Below, piece by piece: positions 62,263-64,000 of a DNA stretch of 64,000 bases. Below the pieces are notes generated by a model that had not been told where the DNA came from, did no database searches, and saw only the letters and a list, made by a program, of their open reading frames with translations. The position numbers and the translations under genes were made by a program. Origin of the DNA: Fimicolochytrium jonesii (taxonomy: Eukaryota); contig NW_026515679.1 of assembly GCF_025526975.1 (NCBI RefSeq), positions 682,001-746,000 of the forward strand, in the 5' to 3' direction. The first letter of the stretch is position 1; each line of letters opens with the position of its first letter.

Positions 62263-64000
62263 TCAATGAAGCTTCGTCGTGGGACGCGAGCCAGCGGCAT
62301 GAGACTGAGACTGCGAAGCACTTCCCGTTTGGCGGGTGGCAAGATTCTTGTTGGATTGAATGGCATTTGCAAACTTCTCCATCATGATCGCAAAGACCTT
62401 TGATTCGGGCCATAAGAGACATGGGAATGTTGACAACATAAGCATGCGTTCACAAGTTCATACATATCAGACATCGTTCCACTCACCTCCTGCATTTGAG
62501 CCAGTTCGGAAACCACTGATTTACGATCCAAGTATCCGTCACGCAAAGCACTGAAGTCCATCTTGGTTGCCTGCTTCATGACGTTCTGCTCGCATCAACG
62601 CTGAAGTTAGCTCACGTCGAGAATCTGAGGGCGCTCCGCATTCCTTCCGCCCCAATAGGTGCTGCATACCGATAGCTTCCGGAGTGGCATTGTGACGACA
62701 AAACTGCTCGCCGCGGCGAAAAAAAGCATACCGACCGCCACAGCCACCGACGTGACGATAACTTTTTTCCGCGACGCGACGATAGGCGCGATGATGTCCG
62801 TGGCCGGAACCGAAACGAGTATGAACCAGTCCATCCCGTAGTCAGTTACGCGGCGTGCTTGCACCCAAACATTTCCAATTGATGTGTCAAAGCTGCCCTC
62901 CATGTACATCGGGTACTGGCTGTATGTGCCATACTTTTTTTTGAACCCAGCGGTCGGAACTGAAATCAGTTCCAAGGGGTGGGTCTCCGGGTGGTGGGCC
63001 ACGTAAACCGCTGTGCTTCCCGACCCAGTCACGTTCAGGACCTGATTCGGTCGGCTCACGGCGATTCTATGCGGAAGGTTCAGTGACAGCTCGGAGATAC
63101 ACATCCATAGGCGGATAAAACTCACATGCCGGCTGAGTCCCAGATTGCGATGATAGCATTGGGTGTCAAGGAGATTTCCTTTGAGCCGTGCGATACGGTT
63201 GGTATTAGAAAAGCTACAGGCATTCCAACAGCTACATATGTACCTGTAAGGTAGTCGACAGGCTCGCCAAAAAAAGGGTGGTGTCCATGTAACCGGTAGG
63301 GGGGACGATGGTATTCGCGCCTAAAGATACACCCTTACTGAACCGAAGGTTTGGGTTGTTACCGAAGATGAGACGCGATTGAGTTGTAACATAGAACGAT
63401 CCTTACGAGATGCCCCATATGAGGGAGCTGACACCCTGTGAATGATAGTCAGCTTCGTATCGAAGTGAACGTAGGATATCAGCGTCCAACAGTACCTTGA
63501 CCGTGATTGTACCGTCTGGAGCAGAAATTGGATACCAGAGCGAGGGGGTCCAAATGGCGAATGGCGGCATAAAGTCTAAGCCTGATTGGTGTAGAGTCTC
63601 GTTATGGACTTCCCACGGAACAACCTTGGGTGTGCGCTGGGTTTGAACAGACAGGGTTGCCGCATCCACGGCCGTGACAAGGAGTGCATCGCAGAACGGT
63701 ATTGCCGGATCTGTATGATTATAACAGTAGACGCCTGAATCCCCTGGCGAGACAAGAAGCAGGTCCCCCGCATCTAATCTGCCAAAGCCAACTCCGTTGA
63801 CTAGTGGCTGGTGAAACACCGATTCATAAAACGACAACACCCTGATGAAAGCAAGGGCGCGACTCAGCTTGTATCCTCTGATGGTTCTCCTGTAGAAGGT
63901 AAGAAGCACTCACATGTCTGTGTCCCCGAGGAAGTCATGTGGGACGCCTGGTTGCAGGGCGTTGAGGACTCGAACGAACGCAGGAAGTCCCGCCACAGCT
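62263..64000 (-). CDS. Partial multi-exon membrane sensor-type protein (Cache-like ectodomain, TM, HAMP-like), 5' end probably outside the window; last exons 63066-62670, 62585-62487, 62397-62263
   Basis: YGMDWFILVSVPATDIIAPI, TM VIVTSVAVAVGMLFFAAASSFVV, then HAMP-like TMPLRKLS|NVMKQATKMDFSAL...SVVSELAQMQE|VFAIMMEKFANAI and a short tail to stop. Confidence 0.7.

Overview
Eukaryotic, intron-rich (GT..AG) genomic DNA from a zoosporic (flagellated) fungus, most likely a chytrid. Fungal housekeeping genes (SAR1, NSL1/MIS14, DAHP synthase, SLA1, ERV2, UBC4, RPL31, BIM1/EB1, SUA5) co-occur with axonemal genes (SPAG6/PF16 and an inner-arm dynein heavy chain, DNAH1-like, arranged head-to-head). Accessory stretches hold an intronless, divergent BAH-containing C5 DNA methyltransferase (DNMT1/Dim-2-like) and a Crinkler-type HNH nuclease gene, which share a 41-bp upstream element. 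They also hold a dead Tc1 (DD34E) transposon, a PD-(D/E)XK nuclease gene with one in-frame stop, a complete TA-flanked MITE, and a Cache/TM/HAMP-type receptor gene with no output domain. Many genes show a sawtooth C/A-rich to G/T-rich compositional oscillation at synonymous sites. All gene calls come from motif recognition and manual splicing, not database searches; exon boundaries are manual predictions.
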